From the IMG/VR virus record IMGVR_UViG_3300029288_001928, positions 1-64,000 of that record: DNA of 64,000 nucleotides. One strand, given 5' to 3'. The stretch is from a virus (Duplodnaviria; Caudoviricetes). Positions 1 to 9,433 of this stretch are shown piece after piece (within the stretch, counting starts at the first letter, position 1; each line of letters opens with the position of its first letter). The translations under genes and the position numbers were made by a program. Under the pieces are notes generated by a model. The model ran no database searches and was not told the origin of the DNA. It saw only the letters and a list, made by a program, of their open reading frames with translations.

Positions 1-118
1 CAAATAGGCAAGGCATAGGCCGAATTTACGCTTGCAGACATTATAACCAATGTTTAGTATAATATACTAAATAAGTTTGGTGGAAGAAGCAAGAACTAAT
101 TAAGTTTACACTTAATAG
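1..118 (+). mobile_element. Right end / omegaRNA-like region of an IS200/IS605- or IS607-type TnpB element (possibly an IStron), truncated by the window start
   Basis: Frame 1 reads IGKA*AEFTLADI, like TnpB C-terminal tails (IGxxxxEFTxxE/D). Nested pairings CTTGC(31-35)/GCAAG(89-93), ACCAA(46-50)/TTGGT(77-81), TTTAGTAT-AAT-ATACTAAA, and terminal hairpin ATTAAGT-TTAC-ACTTAAT ending in G118. Confidence 0.55.
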
Positions 119-625
119 AATGCAGAAGTTTGGGTCAAATCCATCGAAATTTACGATACCTATTATGATATAACAAGAGATGTAGATGGTTTTAGTCAAC
201 ATGCCTCACAATTAAAAACTTTTGTCCCAACTGATGTTATTTTCTCAATATCTGAATATAATAAGAAAACACTGTATCATGAATTAAGTCATATTTACGA
301 TCTTATCAAACGTGGAACAGTAGGTACAACGAATGTAAATTACCGATGGACAACCAGACCAGAAGAAATAGAAGCAGAATTTAATGCACTATATAACGAA
401 ATTTTAAACAATTTAGATGAGTTTAAATCAGCAGAAGATTTTGTACAACAATTTCCTGCAACCAAAGATGGTCTAAATAAAATATCATTTAAATACGATT
501 TGATGTTGGGTCCAATATTAGGATGGGCCGAAAATAATCCAACTAAAGTAAAAATAACTTCTAAAAAAATATTAAGAAGATGGTCAGATATTCGCCAATT
601 AATCATTAATAAATTAAAAAAGTAA
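119..625 (+). pseudogene. Start-less 3' fragment (or 3' exon) of an HExxH zinc-metallopeptidase-like gene
   Basis: Open frame 119-625 (NAEVWVK...LYHELSHIYD...RPEEIEAEFN...KLKK*), with no ATG/GTG/TTG before the motif; not in the ORF track. Confidence 0.6.
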
Positions 626-643
626 TCATACGTTAGTTTTAAG

Positions 644-651
644 TATAAATA
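644..651 (+). promoter_or_regulatory. T4-type late promoter TATAAATA. Further copies at 3406, 8359, 9153, 12355, 14265, 22102, 28615, 33893, 35678, 48427, 49583, 57470, 58025, 60839, 63561
   Basis: Exact TATAAATA shortly upstream of structural gene starts; this is the gp55-dependent late consensus. Confidence 0.8.
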
Positions 652-716
652 TATTTTAGTAAATACATAAAAATATTTGCTATATGATATAATTATAGCA
701 ACTATGGAGCAAATTA

Positions 717-2465
717 ATGGCTGATATTTTTGGACGTATTGTAGCACCATTCGTAAAAAGAAATAATTGGACTAAATCCCAGCAAGCCCAACACTATAAG
801 CGTCTTTATAATATTTTCGACTATCAACAAGATGTATATGGTAGACAAAATATTCCAGGCGCAACCGATATGGAAGATGTTTCTACATCATCTGCAGCCC
901 AATTTCAACAAAATGTAGGTTTCTGGAATAACTATGTTTATGCATCTGAAAAAGATAAAGTTAAAAAATTATCTGTATGTAGAGAAATGTCATTATTTCC
1001 AGAAATCTCGTTCGCTTTAAATGAAATTAAAGATGAAGCTATCCATTTTAATGATGATGGATCATTTATAGAATTAGTTATAAAAAATGCACGATATTCA
1101 CAAAATGAAAATATTGTAAGAAATTTAAATAAAGAATTTAATTATATTATTAATGATGTTATGAAAGCTGCAAAAAATGCACCACAATGGTTTATGGAAT
1201 ATATGATTGATGGTGAAATAATGTTTGAAAAAATAGTCGATCCAGTAAATGCAAAAGAAAGAGGAATTTTACGAGTAAAAAGATTAAGACCTGAATTTAC
1301 ATACCCTATATGGGAAGAAATAGAATCAGAAGAAATAAATCAATTTGTCCATAAAACCCGTGGACAAATTATGATTATGCCCCCAGAAATGGTAGCATAT
1401 GCAAATAGCGGCATGTATGATTATCCAGATGAAGATACAAAAATAGTAGTATCATATCTAGAAGATGCTAAAGTTTCATATAGAAAATTAAAACAAATGG
1501 AAGATGCGTTAGTAATTTATAGACTTGTAAAAGCCCCAGAAAGAAGAGTATTCCAAATTGATGTTGGTAATTTACCAAGAGGTAAAGCTGAACAAGTTAT
1601 ACAAGATATGATAAGAAGATATAGACAACGACAGACATTTGATCCCGCAACTGGTGAAACATCTCAAGCCACAAATACAATGGCAATGATTGAAGATTTC
1701 TTCTTTCCTAATTTTAATGGCGGGAGAGGTCATAAAATAGAAACACTTCCTGGTGGCGAAAATCTTGGACAGATTGATGACGTAATGTATTTCCTTGACA
1801 AGCTTTATAGAGCATTAAGAATTCCTATGTCTCGTATGAAAGCAGATACAGGATTCTCTTTAGGTGATACATCAGATATTACCAGAGAAGAAGTTAGATT
1901 TAATAAAATGGTAAATGGGTTCGTTCGTCGTTTCTCTGAAATATTCGTTTCAATCTTTATGTCACATATAAGACTAAAAGGATATGCAAAAGAATATGGA
2001 ATTACAGAAAAAGATATAGAAATTAAAATGCTATCAAGTAATATTTTTAAAGAATTCATTGAATCAAATGTGTTTAATAATAGAGCAGAAATATTTGAAA
2101 GATTTGTATCTCTTACCGAACCAGGAGAAAATGGAGAAATGCCATCATTGTCAAAACGTTGGCTAATGAAGAAATTCCTCAAGTTTAGTACTGATGACCT
2201 AGAAGAAAACGAAATCTTCTTAAAAGAAGATAAAGAAAAGGGGTTGATCGGTGGAAGCGGTGGTGGTGAAGGAGGAGGACTAGGAGATTTGGGTGGTGGA
2301 GGAGGATTGGGTGATCTTGAAGGATTAGGTGGTGGAGATTTAGGAGATTTAGGAAGTGGTGGAGGAGAAGATTTAGGAGATTTAGGCGGCTTAGAAGACC
2401 TCGGAACCTCCGATTTAGAAGGAGGTAGCAAACCAGACGAAGGACCAGAAGAATCCTTCGCTTAA
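717..2465 (+). CDS. gp20: Portal vertex protein (T4 gp20-like)
   Basis: Motifs MEDALVIYRLVKAPERRVFQIDVGNLP, MIEDFFFP, IETLPGGENLGQIDDV, ITREEVRF; Gly/Asp-rich C-terminal tail. Confidence 0.97.
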   Translation: MADIFGRIVAPFVKRNNWTKSQQAQHYKRLYNIFDYQQDVYGRQNIPGATDMEDVSTSSAAQFQQNVGFWNNYVYASEKDKVKKLSVCREMSLFPEISFALNEIKDEAIHFNDDGSFIELVIKNARYSQNENIVRNLNKEFNYIINDVMKAAKNAPQWFMEYMIDGEIMFEKIVDPVNAKERGILRVKRLRPEFTYPIWEEIESEEINQFVHKTRGQIMIMPPEMVAYANSGMYDYPDEDTKIVVSYLEDAKVSYRKLKQMEDALVIYRLVKAPERRVFQIDVGNLPRGKAEQVIQDMIRRYRQRQTFDPATGETSQATNTMAMIEDFFFPNFNGGRGHKIETLPGGENLGQIDDVMYFLDKLYRALRIPMSRMKADTGFSLGDTSDITREEVRFNKMVNGFVRRFSEIFVSIFMSHIRLKGYAKEYGITEKDIEIKMLSSNIFKEFIESNVFNNRAEIFERFVSLTEPGENGEMPSLSKRWLMKKFLKFSTDDLEENEIFLKEDKEKGLIGGSGGGEGGGLGDLGGGGGLGDLEGLGGGDLGDLGSGGGEDLGDLGGLEDLGTSDLEGGSKPDEGPEESFA

Positions 2466-2479
2466 TTTAGGAGTATAAC

Positions 2480-2707
2480 ATGACAGACAAAAATAAGATT
2501 AAAAAGTTTCTTGGTGCATTAGCAAATGATGACTTCGTGGAAGCAAATAAGATTTTCCCAGAAGTTGTTCAAAGTACCATCAAAACTCTTATAAATAAAA
2601 GAAAACCGGATATCATAAATGATATCAATAAAAAGGCTTCTGAGTTAATTGCTGCAACAGTATTAACTGAACCCAGCGAAGGACAAACGAAGCAAGAAGG
2701 TGAATGA
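2480..2707 (+). CDS. Small prohead core protein (gp67/gp68 position)
   Basis: 75 aa with RBS AGGAG, syntenic between portal and prohead protease. Confidence 0.55.
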   Translation: MTDKNKIKKFLGALANDDFVEANKIFPEVVQSTIKTLINKRKPDIINDINKKASELIAATVLTEPSEGQTKQEGE

Positions 2708-3396
2708 TGGCATTAAAATTAATAGTAGAATCAAGATTCGATGAAAATCTTAAACTTGACTACTTAATTGAACAAGCTAAAGATACTGGTATTAGAAAAT
2801 ATATGATCGAAGGACCATTCGTTCAATGTAACGTGGCTAATAGAAATGGTCGTAACTATCCTAAAGATCTAATGGTTAAATCTGTTGAAGCTTATATTAC
2901 AGATAGACTTGATCCAAAAAAAGGTATTAGATCATATGGCGAACTAGGCCATCCCGATGGTGTAGAAATAAACCCAGATAGAATTAGTCACTATACAACA
3001 AATTTAGAATGGCGTGGTAATGATTGTATGGGTAAAGCAGAAATTCTTGATACACCTAATGGTAGAATAGTTATGACAATACTTGAGAAAAATTTAAAAT
3101 TGGCTACATCTACTAGGGGGTTAGGTTCTCTTAGCGAAAGAGCAGACCAAAATGGGTCTAAAATGGTAGATTCTTATGAAATGATTGCATCTGATATTGT
3201 AATTGACCCATCTGCACCACAAGGATTTGTTAATGGTATTTTAGAAAATAAAGAATATATTATTAAAGATGATTTTGGTACAAAACGTATAGTAGAATGT
3301 TTTCAAAGACTTGAAAATGACCTACAAATACTGCCAAAACATGATAGAGATGAACATTTCGCAACCGCACTTAAAAAATTCCTTAAAGGAATTTAA
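2704..3396 (+). CDS. gp21: Prohead core protease (T4 gp21-like)
   Basis: NRNGRNYP, GELGHP, RISH, STRGLGSL, DIVIDPSAPQGFVNGILE. Confidence 0.96.
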   Translation: MMALKLIVESRFDENLKLDYLIEQAKDTGIRKYMIEGPFVQCNVANRNGRNYPKDLMVKSVEAYITDRLDPKKGIRSYGELGHPDGVEINPDRISHYTTNLEWRGNDCMGKAEILDTPNGRIVMTILEKNLKLATSTRGLGSLSERADQNGSKMVDSYEMIASDIVIDPSAPQGFVNGILENKEYIIKDDFGTKRIVECFQRLENDLQILPKHDRDEHFATALKKFLKGI

Positions 3397-3438
3397 TTTT
3401 TATTTTATAAATACAAATATAAAGATAAGGAGTCAGCA

Positions 3439-4533
3439 ATGACAACTAAAATGTTAGACGCAATTTTTAAAAATGTCGATTCAAAGCTTTTAACAGAAGA
3501 TGTTAAGAAAGAAGTTGAAACTCTTTTAACAGAAGCAATCGACGTAAAAGTTGACGCAAAGATTCAAGAACTAAAAGAATCTTATGATGCAAAGACAGTT
3601 GAATTGACTGAATCTTTTGCAAAGAAAGAACAAGAAATAAAAGAAAAGGCTGCGGCTGATGAAAGAGTTCTTATTGAAGAAGCAGAAAAGCACAAGAAAG
3701 AACTAGAACAGGCAGTTATAGAAGAAACTAAGTCTTATAAAGAAAGAACAGAAAAAGAATTAGCAGAAGAAGCAACCAAGTATCGTGAAGAAGTCGAATC
3801 TATGGTTCTTCAAGAAGCAAAAGAATTAAAGGCTCGTCAAGATGCTGCTCTTGTTGAAGAGGTTAAAAAATTCAGAGAAGAAATGATTGATAAAGTCTCC
3901 GATTATATCGAAGCACAATTATCAGAATCAATTCCAACTGAACTGATGGAAGCGGCTGCGAAGCTAGAAGTCTACCAACCATTAGTTGAATCTATTCAGA
4001 ATGCGTTTAGTGCAAACTATATTAAATTGGATGGTACTTCTTACAAGTTAATTAAAGAAGCCCGTGATGAAATCCAGAATCTCAAAGGTGAAATTCAGAA
4101 CAAAGCTAAAGAGGAAATCAAACTCAAGAAGCAACTGAAGAATGTTGAAAGAAATATTAAAATTGAGAATCTGACTGAAGGTTTAACTGCAAAGCAAAAA
4201 GGCAGAGCGGTTAAATTGCTGGAAGGTGTAGAACTTGAAAGTCTAGATGCTAAGTTTGGTCAAATTCGTGATGTACTCATTGAAAGTGACAAACCAGCAG
4301 AAGTACCATCAGAAAAGAAGGTAGAAAAACTAGATGAATCTAAGAAAACTCCTGAACCTGTTAAGGATGAAATTGAAGCAGAAATTGTTAAGCATCAAGT
4401 AAAGAAAGTATTATCCGAAACACAAGTAAAGGAAGTTATCAACGAAAGCAAGACACCTACCCAACCAGAAGGGTCAAACCGAAACATGTCTAGTTGGAAA
4501 AATCGTCTAAATAGACAAATTACTCGCAATTAA
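3439..4533 (+). CDS. gp22: Prohead core scaffolding protein (T4 gp22-like)
   Basis: Coiled-coil E/K-rich protein with many (L/I)xE protease sites and KVSDYIE; lies between gp21 and gp23. Confidence 0.88.
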   Translation: MTTKMLDAIFKNVDSKLLTEDVKKEVETLLTEAIDVKVDAKIQELKESYDAKTVELTESFAKKEQEIKEKAAADERVLIEEAEKHKKELEQAVIEETKSYKERTEKELAEEATKYREEVESMVLQEAKELKARQDAALVEEVKKFREEMIDKVSDYIEAQLSESIPTELMEAAAKLEVYQPLVESIQNAFSANYIKLDGTSYKLIKEARDEIQNLKGEIQNKAKEEIKLKKQLKNVERNIKIENLTEGLTAKQKGRAVKLLEGVELESLDAKFGQIRDVLIESDKPAEVPSEKKVEKLDESKKTPEPVKDEIEAEIVKHQVKKVLSETQVKEVINESKTPTQPEGSNRNMSSWKNRLNRQITRN

Positions 4534-4566
4534 ATTCCATAATAACCCTCAATAGGAGAATCTAAA

Positions 4567-5913
4567 ATGGATAAGAATGTTGAAAAACTCTTAGAAAAGT
4601 GGGATCCAATGATCAGCCACATCAAGAGTGAAAGAAAGCAAGTTATTACCGCAAAACTTCTAGAAAACGAAGAAAAGTGGTTTAACAAGCAGATGCTAAC
4701 CGAATCAGGTGTCGCATCCGAAGCAGGCGCAGGCTGCCTAGACGGTACAATCAACCAAGCCGTTGATGGTACTCAAGGCGTCGCTAAGTATATGGGCATC
4801 GCAATGCCTCTAGTCGCCCGTGTATTTCCCGAATTAATTACTAACGATCTAGTTGGTGTTCAACCAATGTTCACTCCAGTAGGTCTAGCATATGCTCTAC
4901 GCTATCGCTATACTTCTGGTACTGCAACTGGTGTTGAAGCAGGCTACAATACAGTTTACACTCAGTATTCTGGTTCACAAGACCTAACTGGTGCAACTGC
5001 TAATGCAGCTATTGCTCAATACGGCAACCAAAGCACAATCGGTGGTGGTCTAATTGCTGATATCACAGGCAACCTAACTCAAGGTGCTAATGGTTATCTA
5101 CTAAGCGACGGTGAACGTCTAGATACCAATGGTAAGGTTTGTGGTGGTGAAACTGGTAATATCCGTGAGATGGGTCTAACCATCGAAAAGAAGGAAATTA
5201 CTGCTCATACCCGTAAACTAAAGGCTCGTTGGACTCTTGAAGCTCAACAAGACCTAGCAAACATGCATAACGTAGACGTAGAAGAGGAACTAACTGACCT
5301 TCTAGCATACGAAATTGCTGCTGAAATTGACCTTGAAATCAAGAACCGTATTATAATTCGTGCAGTTCAAGGCGGAATCCTAACATGGGATTACGGCACA
5401 GTAGGCACAGCAAACGGATCAGCAGACGGTCGTTGGGAACAAGAAAAGTTCCGTACTCTATACACAGTAATGCTTAAGGCTTCAAACGAAATCGCAGTTG
5501 CTACCCGTCGTGGTGCTGGTAACTTCGTAATCGCAAGCCCAGGTGTTGTTGCTGCTCTAGAATCTCTAGACAACTTCCTAATCAGTCCTGTTGCAGCTTC
5601 ACTAAATACTGAAGTATCTGGTGTTGCTAAGGTTGGTACTCTAGGTCGTTTCACAGTCTATCGTGACTCATTCGCAGCACAAGACTACGCAGTAGTAGGT
5701 TATAAGGGACCAAAGGATAATGACGCAGGTATTATCTACTCACCTTATATTCCTGTTATGTTCAGCCGCACTACACAGGTAGAAAGCTTCCAGCCCGTAA
5801 TCGGCGTTATGACGCGATATGGCATATGTGATAACCTATTCGGTGCAGAAAATTATTATCGTTTCATCCAGATCGTCGGTCTAAGCAACTCAAGCCTAGC
5901 CGGTTCTCGCTGA
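4567..5913 (+). CDS. gp23: Major capsid protein (T4 gp23-like)
   Basis: LLEKWDP, VGVQPM, TRKLKARWTLEAQQDL, TRRGAGNF, GYKG, YSPYIP, TRYG. Confidence 0.98.
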   Translation: MDKNVEKLLEKWDPMISHIKSERKQVITAKLLENEEKWFNKQMLTESGVASEAGAGCLDGTINQAVDGTQGVAKYMGIAMPLVARVFPELITNDLVGVQPMFTPVGLAYALRYRYTSGTATGVEAGYNTVYTQYSGSQDLTGATANAAIAQYGNQSTIGGGLIADITGNLTQGANGYLLSDGERLDTNGKVCGGETGNIREMGLTIEKKEITAHTRKLKARWTLEAQQDLANMHNVDVEEELTDLLAYEIAAEIDLEIKNRIIIRAVQGGILTWDYGTVGTANGSADGRWEQEKFRTLYTVMLKASNEIAVATRRGAGNFVIASPGVVAALESLDNFLISPVAASLNTEVSGVAKVGTLGRFTVYRDSFAAQDYAVVGYKGPKDNDAGIIYSPYIPVMFSRTTQVESFQPVIGVMTRYGICDNLFGAENYYRFIQIVGLSNSSLAGSR

Positions 5914-5937
5914 AATAATTACCAATAGGTAATAATT

Positions 5938-5969
5938 ATAAGAGAGGGTCTTAACGGACCCTCTCTTAT
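5938..5969 (+). terminator. Intrinsic terminator after the major capsid gene
   Basis: ATAAGAGAGGGTC-TTAACG-GACCCTCTCTTAT followed by a T-rich tract. Confidence 0.85.
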
Positions 5970-6018
5970 TTGTTTTTATAAACAATTTTTAAACTAATAT
6001 CAAGTGTTAACTTTTTGC

Positions 6019-6046
6019 TTGACTTTTAAATTTTTCGTATTATAAT
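6019..6046 (+). promoter_or_regulatory. Sigma70-like early promoter. Same type at 53361, 56727, 57462, 58908, 60419, 63488
   Basis: TTGACT-N16-TATAAT; all seven copies have a 16-nt spacer. Confidence 0.75.
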
Positions 6047-6074
6047 GGTTTTAGTAAAATAGAAAGGGCATTTT

Positions 6075-7865
6075 ATGCCAAGAGCAAAACCATCTTTTAA
6101 AGATCATTTACAATATTTTAAAGATTTAAAGATTGATATTCCTGATGATTCTACTTATAATAGCAATACTAAAGTAGTAATTTATTGTAACCAAGGGCAT
6201 ACATATAAGTTAAGTGTAAATCAAATAGTAAATGCTGGTAAAGATCCTACTATATGTCCACATTGTACAAAAGAAAAACAAAATGAAGAAAAGGGTATAC
6301 CAGAAGAGTTGATTAAAGCATTTGCTGATAAAAATAATTTAGATTATTTTCCAAAAAAACAATTTTATAATAAATGGGAAAATGATATTATAACCTTTAA
6401 ATGTAAAAATGATAATTATGAATTTGAAATTAAATCATTGCGACATTGGGAATTGAATAATCAAAACTCAAAAATAGAATGTCCAGAATGTATAAAAAGA
6501 AGTAAAGGATTATTACCAAAAGATAAGTTTATAGAAACTATTAATACTATAGAATATAAATCTGATACTGTTGTGGATCTTTCTAAATATAACCCTGTTA
6601 ATTTAGAATTATTACCAGAAGGAATAAAAAATTTAATAAAGTCTCAAAATAAATGGATATTAATAGAATATTTTAATACTAAGCACAAATGCAAATATGT
6701 ATGTAAAGATTGTGGATATATCAAAGAATGTTATCCTACTACATTGTTTTATGGAAGAGGATTCGGATGTCCAAATTGTAAACATATAACAGATAAAACA
6801 AGAGTATATGGAAAATTAAAAAATATATTAGAAAATTCAAACATGATTCCAACTGATACAGGAAATGATATTTTTACACATACTGAGATTCCTATAAAAT
6901 TAAAATGCAATGAATGTGGATATGATTTTGAACGCAGATGGTATCATTTAAATATGGTAGAATCAATTACTTGCCCATCATGTCATAAGTCTGTTAAAAG
7001 ACTATCTCAAATGGAATTATTTAATTGGATACAAACTTTTTATGATGGAAAAATGATACCAGATTGTAGAGATTTTGGGTTTGAAATGGATATATACATT
7101 CCAGATAAAAAACTTGCAATAGAATACTGTGGATTAATATGGCATTCTACAAAATTTAAAGAATCGCCTTCTGCTCATCAAGAAAAATTGAAAAAGTGTA
7201 ATGATTTGGGTATAAGATTATTAACTATTTTTGAAGATGAGTGGAAAGATAATAGGAGTATATGTGAAAGTAGAATTTTAAATTTATTTGGACATTCAAA
7301 TAAAATATATGCAAGAAAATGTGAAATAAGATCAATTGTGTCGATAGATGCTTTAAAATTTTGTAAGGAAAATCATATTCAAGGACAAGGATCGTGTAAT
7401 ATTGCATATGGATTATATTATAATGAAGAATTAATTAGTGTAATGACATTTAGTAAACCATCTGTTGTTAAGAGTGCAGAGAATAAATATGATTGGGAAT
7501 TAAATAGGTTTTGTTCTAAATTAAATACGACAGTAGTTGGGGGAGCAAATAAATTATTATCTGAATTTATTAGAAATAATAAAAATTGTATTTTAGTTAC
7601 ATTTTGTGATTTAAGATGGGGAACTGGTAATGTATATGAAAAAATGGGATTTATATATGAATATACAACAAGACCAAATTATTATTATTTTGGTAAATTG
7701 AGTAATTGGAAAAGAAAACATAGATATTCATATAATAAACAAAATTTGATGAAAATATTAAATTTACAAGAAACTGAATTGACAGAAACTCAATTAGCAG
7801 ATGAATGTAAATTATATAAAATATATGATTGTGGTCATATGAAATTTAAATTAGAAATTAAATAA
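6075..7865 (+). CDS. Free-standing homing endonuclease-like protein (zinc ribbons + PD-(D/E)xK-like + Hef-like C-terminus)
   Basis: Multiple CxxC ribbons; EMDIYIPDKKLAIEYCGLIWHS; IFEDEW; YARKCEIR...NHIQG...WELNRFC...GGANKLL...IYDCG. Confidence 0.75.
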   Translation: MPRAKPSFKDHLQYFKDLKIDIPDDSTYNSNTKVVIYCNQGHTYKLSVNQIVNAGKDPTICPHCTKEKQNEEKGIPEELIKAFADKNNLDYFPKKQFYNKWENDIITFKCKNDNYEFEIKSLRHWELNNQNSKIECPECIKRSKGLLPKDKFIETINTIEYKSDTVVDLSKYNPVNLELLPEGIKNLIKSQNKWILIEYFNTKHKCKYVCKDCGYIKECYPTTLFYGRGFGCPNCKHITDKTRVYGKLKNILENSNMIPTDTGNDIFTHTEIPIKLKCNECGYDFERRWYHLNMVESITCPSCHKSVKRLSQMELFNWIQTFYDGKMIPDCRDFGFEMDIYIPDKKLAIEYCGLIWHSTKFKESPSAHQEKLKKCNDLGIRLLTIFEDEWKDNRSICESRILNLFGHSNKIYARKCEIRSIVSIDALKFCKENHIQGQGSCNIAYGLYYNEELISVMTFSKPSVVKSAENKYDWELNRFCSKLNTTVVGGANKLLSEFIRNNKNCILVTFCDLRWGTGNVYEKMGFIYEYTTRPNYYYFGKLSNWKRKHRYSYNKQNLMKILNLQETELTETQLADECKLYKIYDCGHMKFKLEIK

Positions 7866-7960
7866 GTTTGGCATGGTTTTTACAATAGTATAGTTAACCT
7901 AGACATAGACATTAGATAAGACGCAAATCTAATGTCATTTTGATATAAAGGAGGTTAACT

Positions 7961-8302
7961 ATGCGTTATTTTGACATGTTTGATTTATTTGATTATGTTT
8001 TTGATGCACCTAGAATTTCACGAAGAAGTTACTATCGTGATGTTGGAGCATTAAAGGAGGATGGAGTTACCACCTATTATGAAAATGGTCGAGTACATAG
8101 GTTAGATGGTCCTGCTGTTGTATATGATGATAAGAGAGAATCAGAATATTGGTTAAATGGTAAGAGGGTTACGAAGGAGGAACACGATAAACTTCGTTTA
8201 GATTTAGAAGATAAAAAGCAACATACTGTATATATTGATGGTGTTCCTAAAGTTATAAGTGGAAAAAAACTTCGTTTATTGAATGAAGTTTTAAACCAGT
8301 GA
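7961..8302 (+). CDS. Hypothetical protein with one HRLDGPA (MORN-variant-like) repeat
   Basis: YYENGRVHRLDGPAVVY...EYWLNGK; strong RBS AGGAGG. Confidence 0.7.
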   Translation: MRYFDMFDLFDYVFDAPRISRRSYYRDVGALKEDGVTTYYENGRVHRLDGPAVVYDDKRESEYWLNGKRVTKEEHDKLRLDLEDKKQHTVYIDGVPKVISGKKLRLLNEVLNQ

Positions 8303-8328
8303 CATTTATTAATAATTATTGACTATAG

Positions 8329-8357
8329 AAAAACGGGGAATTGTTCCCCGTTTTTTG
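8329..8357 (+). terminator. Intrinsic terminator
   Basis: AAAACGGGGAA-TTG-TTCCCCGTTTTTT. Confidence 0.85.
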
Positions 8358-8424
8358 TTATAAATATTTTTAAAAAATAATTTAAAAGTGTTATAATATA
8401 TTTAATAATTTAAGGAGAATAAAA

Positions 8425-8652
8425 ATGTTAAACATCGTAGATTTGGTTAATCTAGTAGTTCTTGCAAGAAAGGGTATGTCTGTTTTATCAGAAAATATCC
8501 AAGTAGAACAGGCTGATGCTGCATGGAAAGCTATTAAAAATGCAGAAGATATGATTAAGAAGTTTAAAGAAGAACAAGAAAAGGCACAAGCAAATACACA
8601 ATCAACTCCAGTAAAAGAAACAAACGTAGAAACAGTAAATTTTAATGGATGA
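8425..8652 (+). CDS. Hypothetical protein
   Basis: RBS AAGGAG and late promoter upstream. Confidence 0.7.
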   Translation: MLNIVDLVNLVVLARKGMSVLSENIQVEQADAAWKAIKNAEDMIKKFKEEQEKAQANTQSTPVKETNVETVNFNG

Positions 8653-8657
8653 TTTAA

Positions 8658-9152
8658 ATGGTAGATAATAATGAATGGGGTACATATTTTAATGTAATGG
8701 ATTTCATGTTAAATTTCAGAGCAATCTGGTTGCCTGGAAGTCCTACGATTAAAATAAATCCAGGCGAATCTATACAAGGACCAAAAAGATATTTAACTAA
8801 TTATAGGTTCTTAAAAGAAGTACCTATGAATATGAGCAAAGTGTCTAGTATAACAGTAGATAATGATGGAAGTTATAGAGATGTTGGTATTGATAGTAAT
8901 GAAATTATACAAATAAAAGATACAGATGTTGTAGAATTAATAAAAGAAGATAAAAATGAATTAACACAAGAACAATTAGACCAATTACCATTTAAACTAG
9001 ATGAAAGTGTTAATTGGTTAAAATATAGTGTACAAGATACAGAAAATATTGCAACTATTTTAAATATAGATATTTCACATTTAGAAAAAGTAAAGGGTAA
9101 TGGGCGTAGATGGGAAATTATTAAATTGATTAAAACCAAACTTCAAAAATAG
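8658..9152 (+). CDS. Hypothetical protein
   Basis: 164-aa ORF in operon arrangement. Confidence 0.7.
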   Translation: MVDNNEWGTYFNVMDFMLNFRAIWLPGSPTIKINPGESIQGPKRYLTNYRFLKEVPMNMSKVSSITVDNDGSYRDVGIDSNEIIQIKDTDVVELIKEDKNELTQEQLDQLPFKLDESVNWLKYSVQDTENIATILNIDISHLEKVKGNGRRWEIIKLIKTKLQK

Positions 9153-9166
9153 TATAAATATGAGGT

Positions 9167-9433
9167 ATGACAAAGAAATTATCAGAATTATTTGGTCAAG
9201 GAATTAATGTTTCTATTCCTACTTGTCAATTATTGACAGCAGATGATTTAGACACAGATTTAACATATGATATAAATGGTAATTTAGTATCCATGACAAC
9301 AATTCATGGTACTAAATTATTTTCATATGATGTAAATGGTAATTTGGTTTCTATTAGCGGTGATGGATGCTATAAGTCTAAATCATTTATATATGATGGT
9401 AATGGAAATTTAATTGATGTAGAGGTACTATAA
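9167..9433 (+). CDS. Small YD-repeat protein, probably structural
   Basis: Three YD(I/V/G)NGNL repeats; late promoter at 9153. Confidence 0.7.
   Translation: MTKKLSELFGQGINVSIPTCQLLTADDLDTDLTYDINGNLVSMTTIHGTKLFSYDVNGNLVSISGDGCYKSKSFIYDGNGNLIDVEVL

Noticed and set aside
7908-7936. CIRCE operator (inverted repeat with 9-nt spacer)
   Set aside because: The arms do not match TTAGCACTC/GAGTGCTAA.
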